DNA of 64,000 bases from Octopus bimaculoides (lineage: Eukaryota): assembly GCF_001194135.2 (NCBI RefSeq), contig NC_068986.1, positions 91,106,813 to 91,170,812 on the forward strand, in the 5' to 3' direction. Numbering within the stretch: position 1 is the stretch's first letter; each line of letters starts with the position of its first letter. The notes under the pieces were generated by a model that did no database searches, was not told where the DNA came from, and saw only the letters and a list, made by a program, of their open reading frames with translations. A program made the position numbers and the translations under genes. Below, one piece after another: positions 50,960-64,000 of the stretch.

Positions 50960-51071
50960 GTTGACCGAGGAGCTGGTGTCTCTGCAGAAGCATTGCTTGT
51001 TTTTGATATGAAGAAAGCAACCAAAGAACATCTAGCTTCAAAAGGTTTCACTATACGAGAATTGCTGGGAG
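50960..51071 (+). CDS. Degenerate C2 exon (VDRGAGVSAEALLVFDMKKATKEHLASKGFTIRELLG(E))
   Basis: tttttccttcttcAG acceptor, GAG|GTGAGT donor, phase 0 to 1, open frame. Confidence 0.9.
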
Positions 51072-51189
51072 GTGAGTTGATAAATGTTACTTTAAATTTG
51101 TGTGAGAAGCATAAGAAGTTGGTAAAGAACCCCTGAGAGATTATTTAACCCTGTACATATTCTTCTCAATTTAAAAATGATAATAATGA

Positions 51190-51978
51190 ACTCAGGTGCT
51201 CTACAACTCATGTTTGTTGCATACATTAATGACATAGATGCCAACTTAAAGAATACCACAGGACTGAAATATACAGTTGACATCAAACTGTACTTTGAGA
51301 TAAAAAGGACAGATCCTGAACACTATAGAGCTTTCCTGCAATCAAACCTGGACACAATGTAACAATGGATCATGGACTGGCAACTCAAGCTGGCTGTGGA
51401 CAAGTGTACCACCATGCATTTTGGGAGGAAAAACCCTAGCATCCACATACTCTCTCCACAACACTAATATCAAGCAGTCTTCTTAGGAATGTGACCTGGG
51501 CATTACTGTCAGCAGTGATTTGCACTGGACAAAGCACATCTCTAAAATTGTCAAGAAGGCCAATGGTGTCTTGGCATCACTCAGCAAGACCTTTGTCAGC
51601 CGCTCTCCAGCTGTCTATTTAAGGCTGTACATGGCTATGGTGCAGCCACACTTGGAATTTTGCATCACCAGTCTGGAACCCCTATCTTACTCAGGAAACA
51701 TTTTTTCACACTCAGAGTTTCTGAAGCATGGAACAAACTACCTGCATCAGCTGTTAGTTGTCGAGTCATTGTATCCTTTGAAACCTCCATACTTTCTGAA
51801 ATTCGCCAACACTACACCTGATATCCCCACCTCCATATGCATGCACTCAGATATATCATGACTCATACACTGTTCACTTTCCTGACTTTTGTACATAATT
51901 CTATGTACTGTACATGCACCTTTGATGAGTTGTAGTGCACCTGAGCACTAAACACAATAATTTCATTATTATTGTTAT
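51190..51978 (+). pseudogene. 5'-truncated, decayed CR1/L2-clade LINE (RT C-terminus and 3' UTR)
   Basis: LMFVAYINDI...KYTVDIKLY (YADD region), LQSNLD..QW..DWQLKLAVDKCTTMHFG, LHWTKHISKIVKKANGVL...LYMAMVQPHLEF; stops and frameshifts; (ATT)n-like tail. Confidence 0.88.
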
Positions 51979-52639
51979 AGAAAAAGTAACTAAAATTGCA
52001 TGAACAGTACATAGAATAAGAACAGGAAGTGAACAGTAAAAAAATCTTAAAAAAAAAAAAGAGAAGAAATTGGGGTGGGGGCATCAGGTGTACTGTTGGC
52101 AAATTTCAGGAAGCATGGAAGTTTTGAAAGATATAATGTCTACACATACCATGCATATACCCTTTACTGTCCCACTTCTTTTTCTCAATTACTTTAATAT
52201 ATTTCTTGCTGGTATGAATGCATGTTCTCAGAGAAGTATAGTTTTAATACCTGGTTGGAGCTATTTCAGTCTGCTCATATAACATTAATGCTCTTGAATG
52301 ACTTGAACATCAAAACCTTTCAGAATATATTTTCTGAAAGTGGATCTGTGTCAGTGATCAACTTGCAATGGGTGCAACAAAAGTGAGGATACCAAATAAT
52401 AAATATCAAAGTGAAGTTAAGTTTTTGATTATTTGGTTAGCTTTGTGAAAGTATTTAAATTGGGGTAGTAATGAAGGCTGGGGCATATAATTGGTGAATC
52501 TTTGTCATTTAATAATGAGGATTCAGTTGTTTAATCAACTGAATTAAATGTGTAATTGACTGAGCATTCAACAGACAGATGTTCATACTTCTGGAGTAAA
52601 AAAAAAAATAAAGTACCAATTAAGTATTGTGTCTAAATT

Positions 52640-54480
52640 ATTATATCCTTTTGGAGTCGATAAAATAAGTACCAGTTGAACACTGGGGCCAATGTAATCG
52701 ACTAGTCCCCTCCCACCAAATTTCAGGCCTTGTGCCTTTAGTAGAAAGGATTATTATTAGCAGTATAAATGGCTGCTCTTGTGGCAAAATTTGAAACCAT
52801 TATTATTATTATTATTAGCAGTATTTTGTCCATCTTCACATTATGAGTTCAAATTTCGCCAAGGTCAACTTTGCCTTTCATCCTTTTGGAGTTGATAAAA
52901 TAAGTACCGGTTATGCACTGAGGTCAGTGTAGTTGACTTGCCCTCCCCCACCAAAAACAAATTTCAGGCCTTGTACATACAGTAGAAAGGATTGTTGTTG
53001 TTGTTGTTGTTAAGGTGGTGAGCTGGCAGAATTGTTAGCACACTGGACAGAATGTTGAACAGCATTTCTTCCATCCTAACATTCGGAGTTCAATTGTCAC
53101 CGAGGCCAACTTTGCCTTTCATCCTTTCAGAGTAGATAAAATAAGCACCAGTTAGCTTCTGGAGTGTTGATGTAATTGACCTTCCCCTCCCATCAAAAAA
53201 ACTGCTGGCCCTGTGCCAAGATTTGAAATCATCATTATTATTATTGTTATTATTATTATCATTATTCTTTTCTACTCTAGGCACAAGACCCAAAATTTTT
53301 GGAGAAGGAGCAAGTCGATTGGATTGACCCCACTACACAACTGTTACTTAATTTATCAACTCTGAAAGGAAGAAAGGCAAAGTCGACTTCAGCAGAATTT
53401 GAACTCAGATTAAGGCAGTGAGCTGGCAGAATCATTAGCATGCTGGATGAAATGCTTAGCAGTATTTTGCCTGTCGCTACATTCTGAGTTCAAATTCCGC
53501 CAAGGTCGACTTTGCCTTTCATCCTTTCAGGGTTGATAAATTAAGTACCAGTGAATGACTAGGGTTGATGTAATTGACTTAATCCCCTCCCACAAGCTGC
53601 TCTTGAGGCAAAAATTTGAAATCATTATTATCATCATCATCATCATTATCACCATTCTCATTGCAGAAAATGAAAGTGGTACAGTCCGTAAATGGTTGAC
53701 GCTAAACAACAACATAGAACTTGAAGTAGAACTGGTACACGGTAAACCTGATTCCAACCATCAAAAGAAACCTGGCATATTTCGCAATTTCTCATTTCGC
53801 AAGGACAAACAACATTAACAAATAACAATACACAGAAACAAAAAAAAAACATTCATAAAACACTTATTTTTTTTAATTTATTTAATTTTCTTGTTTGTCA
53901 TTGTTTTTGTATATTTTTCTCTGAATTTAATATCATATTTTAAATGTCTTGTTCATTAAATTTTCTGTGTATCTGAGTGTGTGACTCATCATCGTCATCA
54001 TCATCATCATCACCATCAGAGTCGTGAATTGGCAGAATCATTAGAGCATCAGACAAGATAACTCATGATATTTGTTCTGGCTCTTTATGTTCAGAGTTCA
54101 AACCTCACTGATGTAAAATTTTGCCTTTCATTCTTCCAGGGTCGATATAATAAAGTACCGGTCATATTCTGGGAGTCAGTGATATCAACAAATCCCCTTC
54201 CCCAAAATTATTGATCTTGTGCCCAAATTAGAAGTAGTTATTATTAGGGGCAGTGGATCAGTAGAGTTTCAGATAAAATATCTTGTAATAATTTTTCTGG
54301 TTCTCACTAAAGTTCACATTGCCTTTCATTTTTTTCAAGATCAATAAAATAAAGTTCCAGTCAGGTACTGGGATCAATGCTCTGGGTTCAAATCCTGCTG
54401 AGGTCAAATTTGCCTTTCATTCCTCCAGGGTTGATAAGATAAAACTCAGTCAAGTATTGGGGTCAATAGCATTTACTCCT
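52640..54480. mobile_element. Dense cluster of at least 7 MetaSINE-like copies around the terminal exon
   Basis: Copies at about 52640-52750(+), 52810-52990(+), 53011-53228(+), 53265-53409(-), 53411-53622(+), 54020-54240(+) and 54370-54480(+). Confidence 0.85.
53667..53818 (+). CDS. Terminal coding exon ((E)NESGTVRKWLTLNNNIELEVELVHGKPDSNHQKKPGIFRNFSFRKDKQH*)
   Basis: ttctcattgcAG acceptor, phase 1, TAA at 53816-53818. K-W-L-T-L...I-E-L-E-V-E-L is a C2 end, followed by a basic/aromatic tail. Confidence 0.88.
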
Positions 54481-56508
54481 CAAAATTGTTGACTTTTTGA
54501 CTAGACACAATCAAAAATAAAATAAAATAAACCTTTTTTTTTCTTCTGTCATTATTAAGGTAGTGGAATGGCAAAAACAGTAGAAAGCCACACTGAATGC
54601 TCAAATCCCAACAGGATCAACTCTAAGGCTTGGTAAAATACTAATCAATGGATAGCTAATAACAGATAGCACTTATAATACAGAATTACAAAACAGAAAT
54701 CCAGTGTAGATTGGGGTAAACAGATGAAGCAACTGAGAGCACCCCACACACAATCCTGAATTACTTGCCAAAGGCAAGTGCCTTCTCCTAGTTCTTGCCG
54801 CCAGCCCAGTTGTTAAGTTAACATGGATCCAATTAGCCATGCTGTTTTTGTCACTCTCACCTTTTATAAAATTTATTAGACAGCAATATTTCCCTCTCTA
54901 TTTTCACCTACACCCTCAGAAGTTGATTGAGGGTTTGGCTTGAGAGGAAAAGTTGAGTCCTTAAACATTCAAATCACATCCACCATATTAACTCCTTTGT
55001 CATAACTACCTGACAATGGAAGACTACCTGCTCTTCCTTGTCAAAGGGTAGGCCGAGGCTCAGCTAATAGCAGGGACCATCCTGCATGTGATAATGGCTG
55101 ACCAGCAAAACCCCACACATTAGCAATGCATGAACACCGAACAAAACAAATGCATACCACATAAGCTCTTGAGCCAGACATTCTGGTTACTGGTGGTTCC
55201 AATGTGACCATACCTGCAGAGTTTATCCCAAACAGGTAATGTGAAATACATCCAGTAACCACATGGCTCTAAGTTCAAATCTAGATACTGTCACTGTTTT
55301 GTACCTCCGAACAACAGAACCAGAACAGACAGAACTGTGCTTCCTCCACTCCGGTTATCCTGACTGAATAAAGGACAGCTTCCAATTGCTACTTTACAGA
55401 TGAGTGGTTTGTGGTAGGAAGAAAAGCATCCAACTGTAAAAACCATTACTCTACCAAAACACTCCACCCACCCATGCAAGTTTGGATAAGTGGATGTAAG
55501 ACAGTTAAAAGTTTTTGTCTTTTTCAAATGTCTCATCTTTCAAAATATCTTTTTCTCTTTTTCCTTGTATGAATGATTGAGGAAAGAAACCAAACTGTAC
55601 TGGAATAAATATCTTTCAGTGCTTAGTTTTGTTCCTCTGTTTTTTTGTTTTTTTTACTTCAAGTTTTACTAAAGTTGATAATACCAACTTCATACAATCA
55701 CCAAAATTTGAGGTATTGTGCTATTGTTAGAAATCATTATGTTCTGAGATCAAATAACATTGCTATCAACTTTATCTTTTATACTTCAACAGTCAATTAA
55801 ATACATTTTCTCTCTAATGTTGGGGTTGATTTAACTGACTATTTTCTCTCATAATTTTGCGGCATTGTGCCTATACTAGAAATTTATTACCATTAGCATG
55901 CTGGACAAAAATCTTAGCAGAATTTTGTCTGTCTTTCTGTTCTGAATTTAAACTCCACCAAGGTTAACTTTGCCTTTCATCTTTTCAGGGTCGATAAAAT
56001 AAGTACCAGTCAAACACTGGGGTTGACACTGTCGACTGACTCCCTCCCACAAAAATTTCAGGCCCCGTGCCTATAGTAGAAAGAATTATTATTATGCAGA
56101 AATAATGTCAAGAGCTTCCTTTCTTAAATCAAGGATAAGATACATCTTTGAGACCTGAGATCATTGTTAGAAATATTCAGGCTTAACAAAGATTTTCTTA
56201 ATTTTCAAAAAATGTTGAAGGTCTACAAAAATATTAAAGGTTATGTTGCTGTTATAATTTTCTAATTTTTTTAGAATTTGTTTGCTTTTATTAGTATTTT
56301 TTTAAACCTCATGCTATGTTTATTTTTTTTTTATTTTCTGTTGTTTTATTTCTCATTGAACAGTTATAATTACTGTTGTTAATGTTATTGTTGTTTCATT
56401 AACATTTACAAATATTTCTAACTAAACTAACTGAAATTTTCTGCACACTGTCACCATTCATCCTCCACCATGTTCTATATTCATACACACATGTGCATAT
56501 ATGCATGC

Positions 56509-56543
<35 letters not shown>

Positions 56544-56556
56544 NNNNNNNNNNATA

Positions 56557-56590
<34 letters not shown>

Positions 56591-57526
56591 TGTATGCATA
56601 TGTATGTATATATATAGTATGCCAATATGTATAGCTATATGTGTATGTATTTATATTCCTCTGAAATGAGGAGCAAAGGCAAAGACAGATTTGTTAAAAA
56701 AAGAAATTCATGCACCACATGTGATTAATAATTAATTCAATGAGCAGTCAGATGATGAAAACCTTTCCTATCGATAAGGAAAAGAAACTAAAGAAGTCAT
56801 AACGTTTTGCAAGGAGGTTGGGGGCATTTTTTTAATTTTATTTTTTCAAGTCTTACAATTTATATTTTAAAATATATAATAAATTGTTTACATTTTCTGC
56901 AAGGCAGTTTCAATTCCAAATTGAAACCAAATTCATTTGTACTCTAATGCCATTGAGCTTTGTAAGAGGTTTGGGTCTCACAGCTTCATTGTTACAACCC
57001 ACCCTAGAACTATTTTCTTGTGCCTAAGATGTTATTATCAAAGAGAGATGGATTGGCAGTATTGGTAATGTGAATGACTTGCTTTATTTGGTTGTATTCC
57101 ATTACATTCTGAGTTCAAATCCCGGTGAGGTCAAATTTGTCTTTCCTCTTTCTGTGTTCAATAAAATTAACACCAGTCATGTACTGGGGTCAGTTTAATC
57201 AACCTTGTTCCATCACATCAAAACCTGTGGCCATGTGCCAATATTTAAAATTATTATTTTTATTATTATTATTATTGTTGAGTGTGGATTGGCAAAATTG
57301 TTAAAGCATCAGAAAAAATACTTGCAATATTTGTTCCAGCCCTCAAGTTCTGAGTTCAAATCCTGCCAAGGTCAACTTTGCCTTTCATCTCTCCAGGAAT
57401 GATAAAATAAGAAATTACTCAGCCACAGTTTGTATATCAGACTTACCACCTTTCTTCAAACTGCTGGCCTTGCACCTCAATTAAACATCCTTATTTTCTT
57501 TGAAATAATAATTATTGTTACACCAT

Positions 57527-57759
57527 CTTGAGCATGGGCGATGCCAGTACCGCCTGACTGGCCTTCATGCGGGTGACACGTAAAAGCACCCACTACACTC
57601 TGAGTGGTTGGTGTTAGGAAGGGCATCCAGCCATAGAAACTCTGCCAAATCAGATTGGAGCCTGGTGTAGCCATCTGGTTTCACTAGTCCTCAGTCAAAT
57701 CGTCCAACCCATGCTAGCATGGAAAGCAGACGTTAAACGACGATGATGATGATGATGAT
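57527..57759 (+). mobile_element. Copy of the aggaagggcatccagc/(GAT)n-tail family
   Basis: Reverse-complement homologue of 22823-23050, ending gttaaacgacgatgatgatgatgatgat. Confidence 0.85.
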
Positions 57760-58000
57760 CATTGTTAGGGCAGTAGATTGTCAGAATCAGTTGAACTTGG
57801 GAAGAAAATACTTTGCAATCCTTGTTCTGAGTCTTTTACATTCTCTATTCAAATCCTACCAAAATCAACTTGGCCTTTTATCCATCTGGGACTGATACTT
57901 TATCCATAAAGTATCAGTCAAGTACTGGAGTTGATGGCATCAACTAACCTACACCTCTGGTCTTGTGTGAAAATTTTTAATAATAATAATGACATCAATA

Positions 58001-58094
58001 ATAGTTTCTATGTCATATAGTTATATAGTTACTATGTCATATAGTTATATAGTTACTATGTCATATAGTTATATAGTTTCTATGTCATATAGTT
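58001..58094. repeat. 24-bp minisatellite x3.9 (ATAGTTWCTATGTCATATAGTTAT)
   Basis: Units start at 58001, 58025, 58049 and 58073. Confidence 0.95.
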
Positions 58095-58952
58095 GAGATA
58101 AGCTCATAGTGAACAGTCTACAGTTCTACTTTGGATCCCAACTGGAGCTACTTAATTAAAATATACTGGATATCTGCTAAGAAATATTAGCTACCTTTGT
58201 AGATATAAGTATTTGGATTTATAGGGAAAAGATGAGAAAGTGTTACATTCATGCCTTTCTCAGAAGTAATATTAGTAACCTACAAAGGCAGCGAGCTGGC
58301 AGAATTATTAGTACATGGTACAAAATGCTCAGCAGCATTTCTTTGAACTCTTTACATTCTGAGTTCAAATCCTGCTGAGGTCAACTTTGCTTTTTATCCT
58401 TTCAAGGTCAATGAAATAAAATACCTGTCAAGTGGGATCAATGTAATTAACTAGCCCCTGTCTTGAAATTTGATGGTCATGTGCCAAAATTAGAAAGAAT
58501 ATTGGTTGCCTACAAAGACAGGTGTAAGATTTTCAGTTTATAGAAAACAGGTCATAAGTTTCTGGAGGACAACAGCAATGCAAGAAGTGAAATGACTAAA
58601 TCCAAAATTAAAACATGATGGCTTTCATAGTTGAATTAATCAGAAATAATGATAAAAAAAATTAACCCTTTTTCTACCCCAAGATAAACTTCTATATGTT
58701 TATCATAAAAACCTCTCATTTTTTTTCATTTTTGTTTTCTCCCTCTCATTTGCATATTCCTTTCTCCACTTCCTCCCTCAGTTTCTTACTTCCCTCTTTA
58801 TTCCCTTCCTCTCTTAGGTATTTGTTTGAAATATCTTTATAAGAGTTTCTCTGAAACCATACATTACACAACATACACCAGGTGCATCAATTGAATTGTT
58901 TGTTTAAACCTGGTTTGAAACAATGACTTGTTCTTTCAAATCAATGTTGAAT

Positions 58953-59034
58953 CCTGCTACGAAAAGTGACCGTTGCAGGAAGACAGCATACTTTGTTCCT
59001 GCAACAGGTCGCCCATTGTGTTTGTGTAGCAAGG
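58953..59034 (+). ncRNA. Pre-miRNA-like hairpin candidate
   Basis: GTGACC/GGTCGC and GTTGCAGGAA/TTCCTGCAAC stems, extended basally by TGCTAC/GTAGCA across an 8-nt bulge. No known miRNA recognised. Confidence 0.35.
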
Positions 59035-61884
59035 TTATCTCTCTTGTTTAAGGTCTTGGCTTGTTTAACTTTCTCTAGCCTTTCTCTCTCTTATGCTCTC
59101 TCTCTCTCTCTCTCTCTCTCTCCCCCCTTCCCTTTTGTCTCACCCTTTGTGCTGATTGGTTTAACAATGCCAGAAATTCCTAGATGCACTCTTCTACACA
59201 ATTACCTTGTTCTCAAAAGATATTTACCAGAAGAAAATATACTTTAAGCAATAGGGTACAAAATGTTCCCTTCTTCTGTAATTTTTCTTTTGGAAAGGTC
59301 TTTCAAAATCGGATTAAAACTGATGAAAGTATGGAAATTTTGAAGAAATATTGGGAAATTATATTTTTAGCCATTCTCTGTTAAATATTTCTTGATTTTT
59401 TTACAATATTATCTTCCAGTTTTAATCATTTATTAATTTTGCTGTTATCAAGATTATGCAATATTTTTCTGGTTATTGATTTTAACCAGTAAAATACTTA
59501 AAATATTGATTGCTTCAGATACTTGTCTATCACTTATGTATGTGAATATGTGTAATTATATTATGCATGTAAATGTGCACATAGACAAAGAGAAACAAGA
59601 CATATATAGATAAACTAGTATCTGAAGAGATCAATATCAAATAGCAGGCAACAATGATTTTGTCTCTATGAGAAGAAATACTACTAATTACAAAGTATTT
59701 TCTTCTTGCTTTGGTTGCTATGGTTTCAGTAAAACTTCATATTTTGTCCAGAGAGGTTCCTAGATCAAGCTATCTCTGTGTCCTCTGTGATAGTTTAATC
59801 TTCTCAGATCAAGGGGTTAATTGAATTATATATGAAATAACCTTTCGTTCAATTTCTTCATATATGTATGTATATATAAAGGTATAGTTATGTGCTTAGT
59901 TAGAAACAAGTGTACATAGATAATCAGATATGTGTGCACAAATATTTAAGTGTACACCCATGTATGCATTAAATAAGACAGCACTTAACTTCATCACAAT
60001 GTTTGAATATTGCTTTATTTATGGAGTGCTTGTTATATATCTATGAAAACACACACACACACATCTATAAGCATATATCTCCATTCACACATTCCAGTAT
60101 GAACTCACATGCAACCACATACTCAGAAACATAGACATAATGCAACCCGTTATAGGTTGATGCTGTCAATAGAACTAATTTATTGCATTCCTAAATACTA
60201 ATAGTGGCACCTTAACATGTTTTAAGCATCCCAGATGAATGAAAACTCTTTCAGAAATTTATCAGCCAACCTCCAAACAATGCTGATAGTTTCCCATATT
60301 AATATGAAGCCTCAACTTCAGAAAGATTGCCATGTGTTGCTTCAACATTAACCCATAAACTACTGGGATTTTGCTGTATGTAACACGAACTGCTGAGCCT
60401 ATTTTGGGTAAAGGTCAACATTGATCTATCACTCGAAAAAATACTCAGTGTTTCTTAACACCTTCTGTGATTGACTACACTGTTTCATGGGTGAAAGGGT
60501 ATCGTGTGCATACATTATACGTCATCAAAATTAGGTCACATCATGCCCTACTTCCATGGCCACGCACATGGCCTGTTGTGTTTATGGGTTAATGCCTATC
60601 GCAGTTTATGGGTTAATATTTTTCCAAAGACATTAATTAGCAATGTAATTGAAGTATTTCCAACTGAATTGAAATAACTCCTAGACTGGGCTCAACAAAT
60701 CTGCCCCTGTATTATAACAACTGGATTTTACATGACAAAGTAGAGTATATAGTCAACTGAATCAACTGCAGTGTATAACTTGTATGTATTTTACTGGTAT
60801 CTGATATAACAGACTAGATCCTACTAAAGGTTCACCTGTTCTTAGTAATACCGATTTGTAGGAAAGACAGTGTGATGAACTAGACCATATCTAGTATATT
60901 ACTGGTACTTATTGTATTAATTTTGACTAGAACAATAAGAATAATAGTTTCTTACTTTGGAACATGGTTGAACTGATTCTCTTCTCTAATACATATCTGT
61001 GTTATAATATAGACACTGGATAGATGAAGGGCAAAGTAAACTTCAGTAGGGTTTGAATTTAGAACTCAAGATGGATCTAAATTTTGTAAAGCATTTAGTC
61101 TGGTGCTCCACTGTTGTAAATAATAATATCTACAGGCATTTTTTTTTTTTTGTTTTTGTTTTGAAATACCTTACAAACATCAAAATAAGTTATGTACTCT
61201 CTAAACTGGGATTTTCAAGCTGCATTTGAAGCAGCTGTGTCACTTATTTCAATAAATAATTACTGTAGCATATTTCCTATTTAAAATATTTAAATAGGAT
61301 GATGTCTGACATTATCCCCTACCAGTAGTGTCCTCTTGCATTATCACCTACCAGTAGTGTCCTCCTACTCCAATCTATGATGAAATCCTCAGTTCAAAAA
61401 GCCACTACTTTTGATTAACCTGTATCGAAATGTAAAATATCTATTGATGAAAAACTTATTTAAAAAAAAAAAAGAAAAATTAATTCCTATAAACTCTACT
61501 AATCAAATTTTAATTGACTAAGCTTGCTTCATTCATCAAATTAATTTTTATTTTTTTATTATCCTAAAATGAAATTAAGTTGAGGCTGTTGAAATCTCAC
61601 AATTTATTTTCTCCCTACAAAGCTTGAACGCAGTAAAGAGAAGCTTTCCTTCACATTCCCCTCTCTGTGGGAATAATTATCAGATATTAATGACAGGAAT
61701 GTGATGCATAAGCAAATCCAAGGACCTTTCCACCTTTGGTAATGTGACTGCTTATTATAATTAGAGTTAATTATAATAGTATCATTCTAAACTGAAATTG
61801 AGACTAATTAACATTAAAGTCATCATCTGTTCTAATAAAAATATTCATTTTTGTTTTTTGTTTTTTGGGGGGATTATTTTTTTT

Positions 61885-61932
<48 letters not shown>

Positions 61933-64000
61933 GTTGCATTTAGATGTGTGCGTGTGTGTATGAGTTTTCCTTCATTAATTAACTTTAAAATTTTTAATTG
62001 TAATTCCTTCATTTGTCTTTCTGTTAACTAATACCATGTTGTTGTTGTTCAAAAGGTCAATAAATATTAACCAAAATTAAAAGCATAAAAGTGACATCTT
62101 CTGCTTAATTTATTTTAACCCACCAATTATTTCTTTTGATTTCATATATTAATTTTGAACTGTTTCTGTGAGTTATTTTATCCAATTCTGTTGTTTAACC
62201 ATGGACTGTTCAGGTAGATTGTCGGAAGCAATCAAGTGAAATTCTACTTTTGCATAAGGCAAGAGATAGAGTCCATTTCTGGTGGCATGGCAAGAGATGT
62301 TGCAGGAGTGAAGCAGCACAAAATTACCTCTGGTTTATAATGCTTGTTAATGAAGGTGGGAAGGGTGATGCTGAGGATCCTTGCTATGAAACTATTTTGT
62401 TACTTTAAGAACATGTATCTTTTTTTTTTTTTTTGGCCTAATGAGATGTTTTTTAAAATTATTTATTCTGTAAAGTAAAAGCAGTATCCATATGACTCAT
62501 GGAAACAATCTTCAAACTAGGGATCTAGCCTGAATACTTACAATAGGGTGGGGTCTGCTAAAGGCACCAAAGAGTAGATATGTAAATAAGTGATTTCAGG
62601 CCAAAAGGTGTAGTAGACTATTTTAATGAAGTGTGATACTGTATGCCTGTTAAACTAGAATGGTGAATGTAAGAGGATCAAGGGAAACTGGAAAGGAAGA
62701 GACAAAAAAATGGTTTCCACCTTACTTGCTAACTAAAACTGGATTTTCATTTAAGCATGCAAATTGTACTTTTTGGTGAAATTAATTCTTAATTGCATGA
62801 AATTATCTTCAGCTTGTCTTTGAAAGTTACAATTACTACTAGGTTTATTTTCTTTCTCCAAGTATGATGCATATTTTAACTGAGAATTTTGTGTGTGTGA
62901 TCCAGTATATCATCCCCACTTGATGTACCTAAATTCATGCTACTGATCTGCTTCATTTATTCCCCTTATATCTTTTAACATCAAGTGCTAATGGCACCAA
63001 ACCTTTTAAACCCTTTTTTCCTACTTGTAGAATCATTGTTGGTTGATCAAACAGATTCAAGTTTATCTATATTTTAAGAACAAGACCAAATAAAGTCAAA
63101 AAACAGATTTTCTCTTCAGCCTGTAGATTAAAATTTTTGTAAAAGTAATTAATTTCTACAACTGTTTCCTTTCCTTTGAGAGTTACTAACAATCGCTTAA
63201 AAGTTTTTGTTTTCTTTTTCCAACTAATAGGCAAATTTGAATTGAGAATTTTTTGCATGTGTAATGTAATACATCTCCATAGTCATAGCATGTCAAATAT
63301 CACTAATTAACTTGGGGCAAAATTTGAGTACAAAGGGAATTAGAAGAAAGCAGTCAGATGTATAAAAAGTCATTAGCTAATGTATATTGTAAGGAAGACG
63401 ACTTTAGATAGGTATGTGAATGAAAATAGCAATTTGGATTTATAAAAATGCAGGTTTGTTGTTTAGGCTCAGGTCAGTCTATCTTGATTCGCAAACATCA
63501 TCGTCATTTAACATATATCTTCCATACCAGCATTGGCTGATGATTTGACATGATCCAAGCCAGAAAACTGCATCAAGCTCCAATGTCTATTTTGGCATGG
63601 TTGCTATAGTTGGATGCCCTTCTCTAACTCCAAGCACTTAGAGTATACCGAGTACTTTATTCAGTGGCTGGCACTGATGAGATAACTAAGTAACATACTA
63701 GATATGCACCCTCAATTGAGTGGAGGGGCATTAGAGAGGTAGGTGGCTTTATGCCAGGTGTTGAGAGGACAGAACAGGTGTTTTGCTGTAGCAGAGATAC
63801 ATGCCTACCCCAGCTGGAAAGAGGAAGAAGTAGTGGTGACAAAGTGTCAGGGCATACCTTCAAGGTACAAGAAGGTGAATATAAGAGAGAGTAAGAACAG
63901 ACGATTAGGAAGGGTGAGAATGTGAAAGGAGTGACAGATGGGGATAGAGGTGAACAAGGGTGGAGGTATGGTTGATGGTGAATAGGAGTGGATCAAGGAG

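Noticed and set aside
59621-59646. CTGAAGA-GAT-CAAT-ATC-AAA
   Set aside because: It lacks the G of GAAA and a stem I; likely chance.
61753-61778. 11-bp palindrome tattataatta/taattataata
   Set aside because: AT-only, so expected by chance at this base composition.

Overview
AT-rich, microsatellite- and SINE-dense eukaryotic DNA with small N gaps. The repeat landscape looks like an octopod cephalopod draft assembly (inference from repeat families; not verified). The window holds the 3' part of one plus-strand, intron-rich gene for a multi-C2-domain protein of the tricalbin/extended-synaptotagmin type. I could splice 10 exons in frame from 23827 to a stop at 53818, plus 3-4 probable upstream exons from 5529. 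The product has the end of one C2 domain, a complete five-Asp Ca2+-type C2, an S/T-rich linker, a degenerate C2 and a basic/aromatic tail. Introns and flanks carry several tRNA-derived SINE families, CR1- and R4-like RT relics, a hAT-type MITE and minisatellites. The most striking observation is a recurring set of small elements with hammerhead-ribozyme-like cores (CTGANGA-stem-GAAA). The best case is a tRNA-headed SINE-like element with a complete minimal type-I hammerhead motif, inserted as one head-to-head fold-back flanked by a 15-bp TSD (35283-35834). A second hammerhead-like fold-back lies at 40248-40446 and a direct-repeat element at 45813-46864. Together they suggest non-autonomous elements mobilised by Penelope-like machinery. 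A pre-miRNA-like hairpin lies at 58953-59034.
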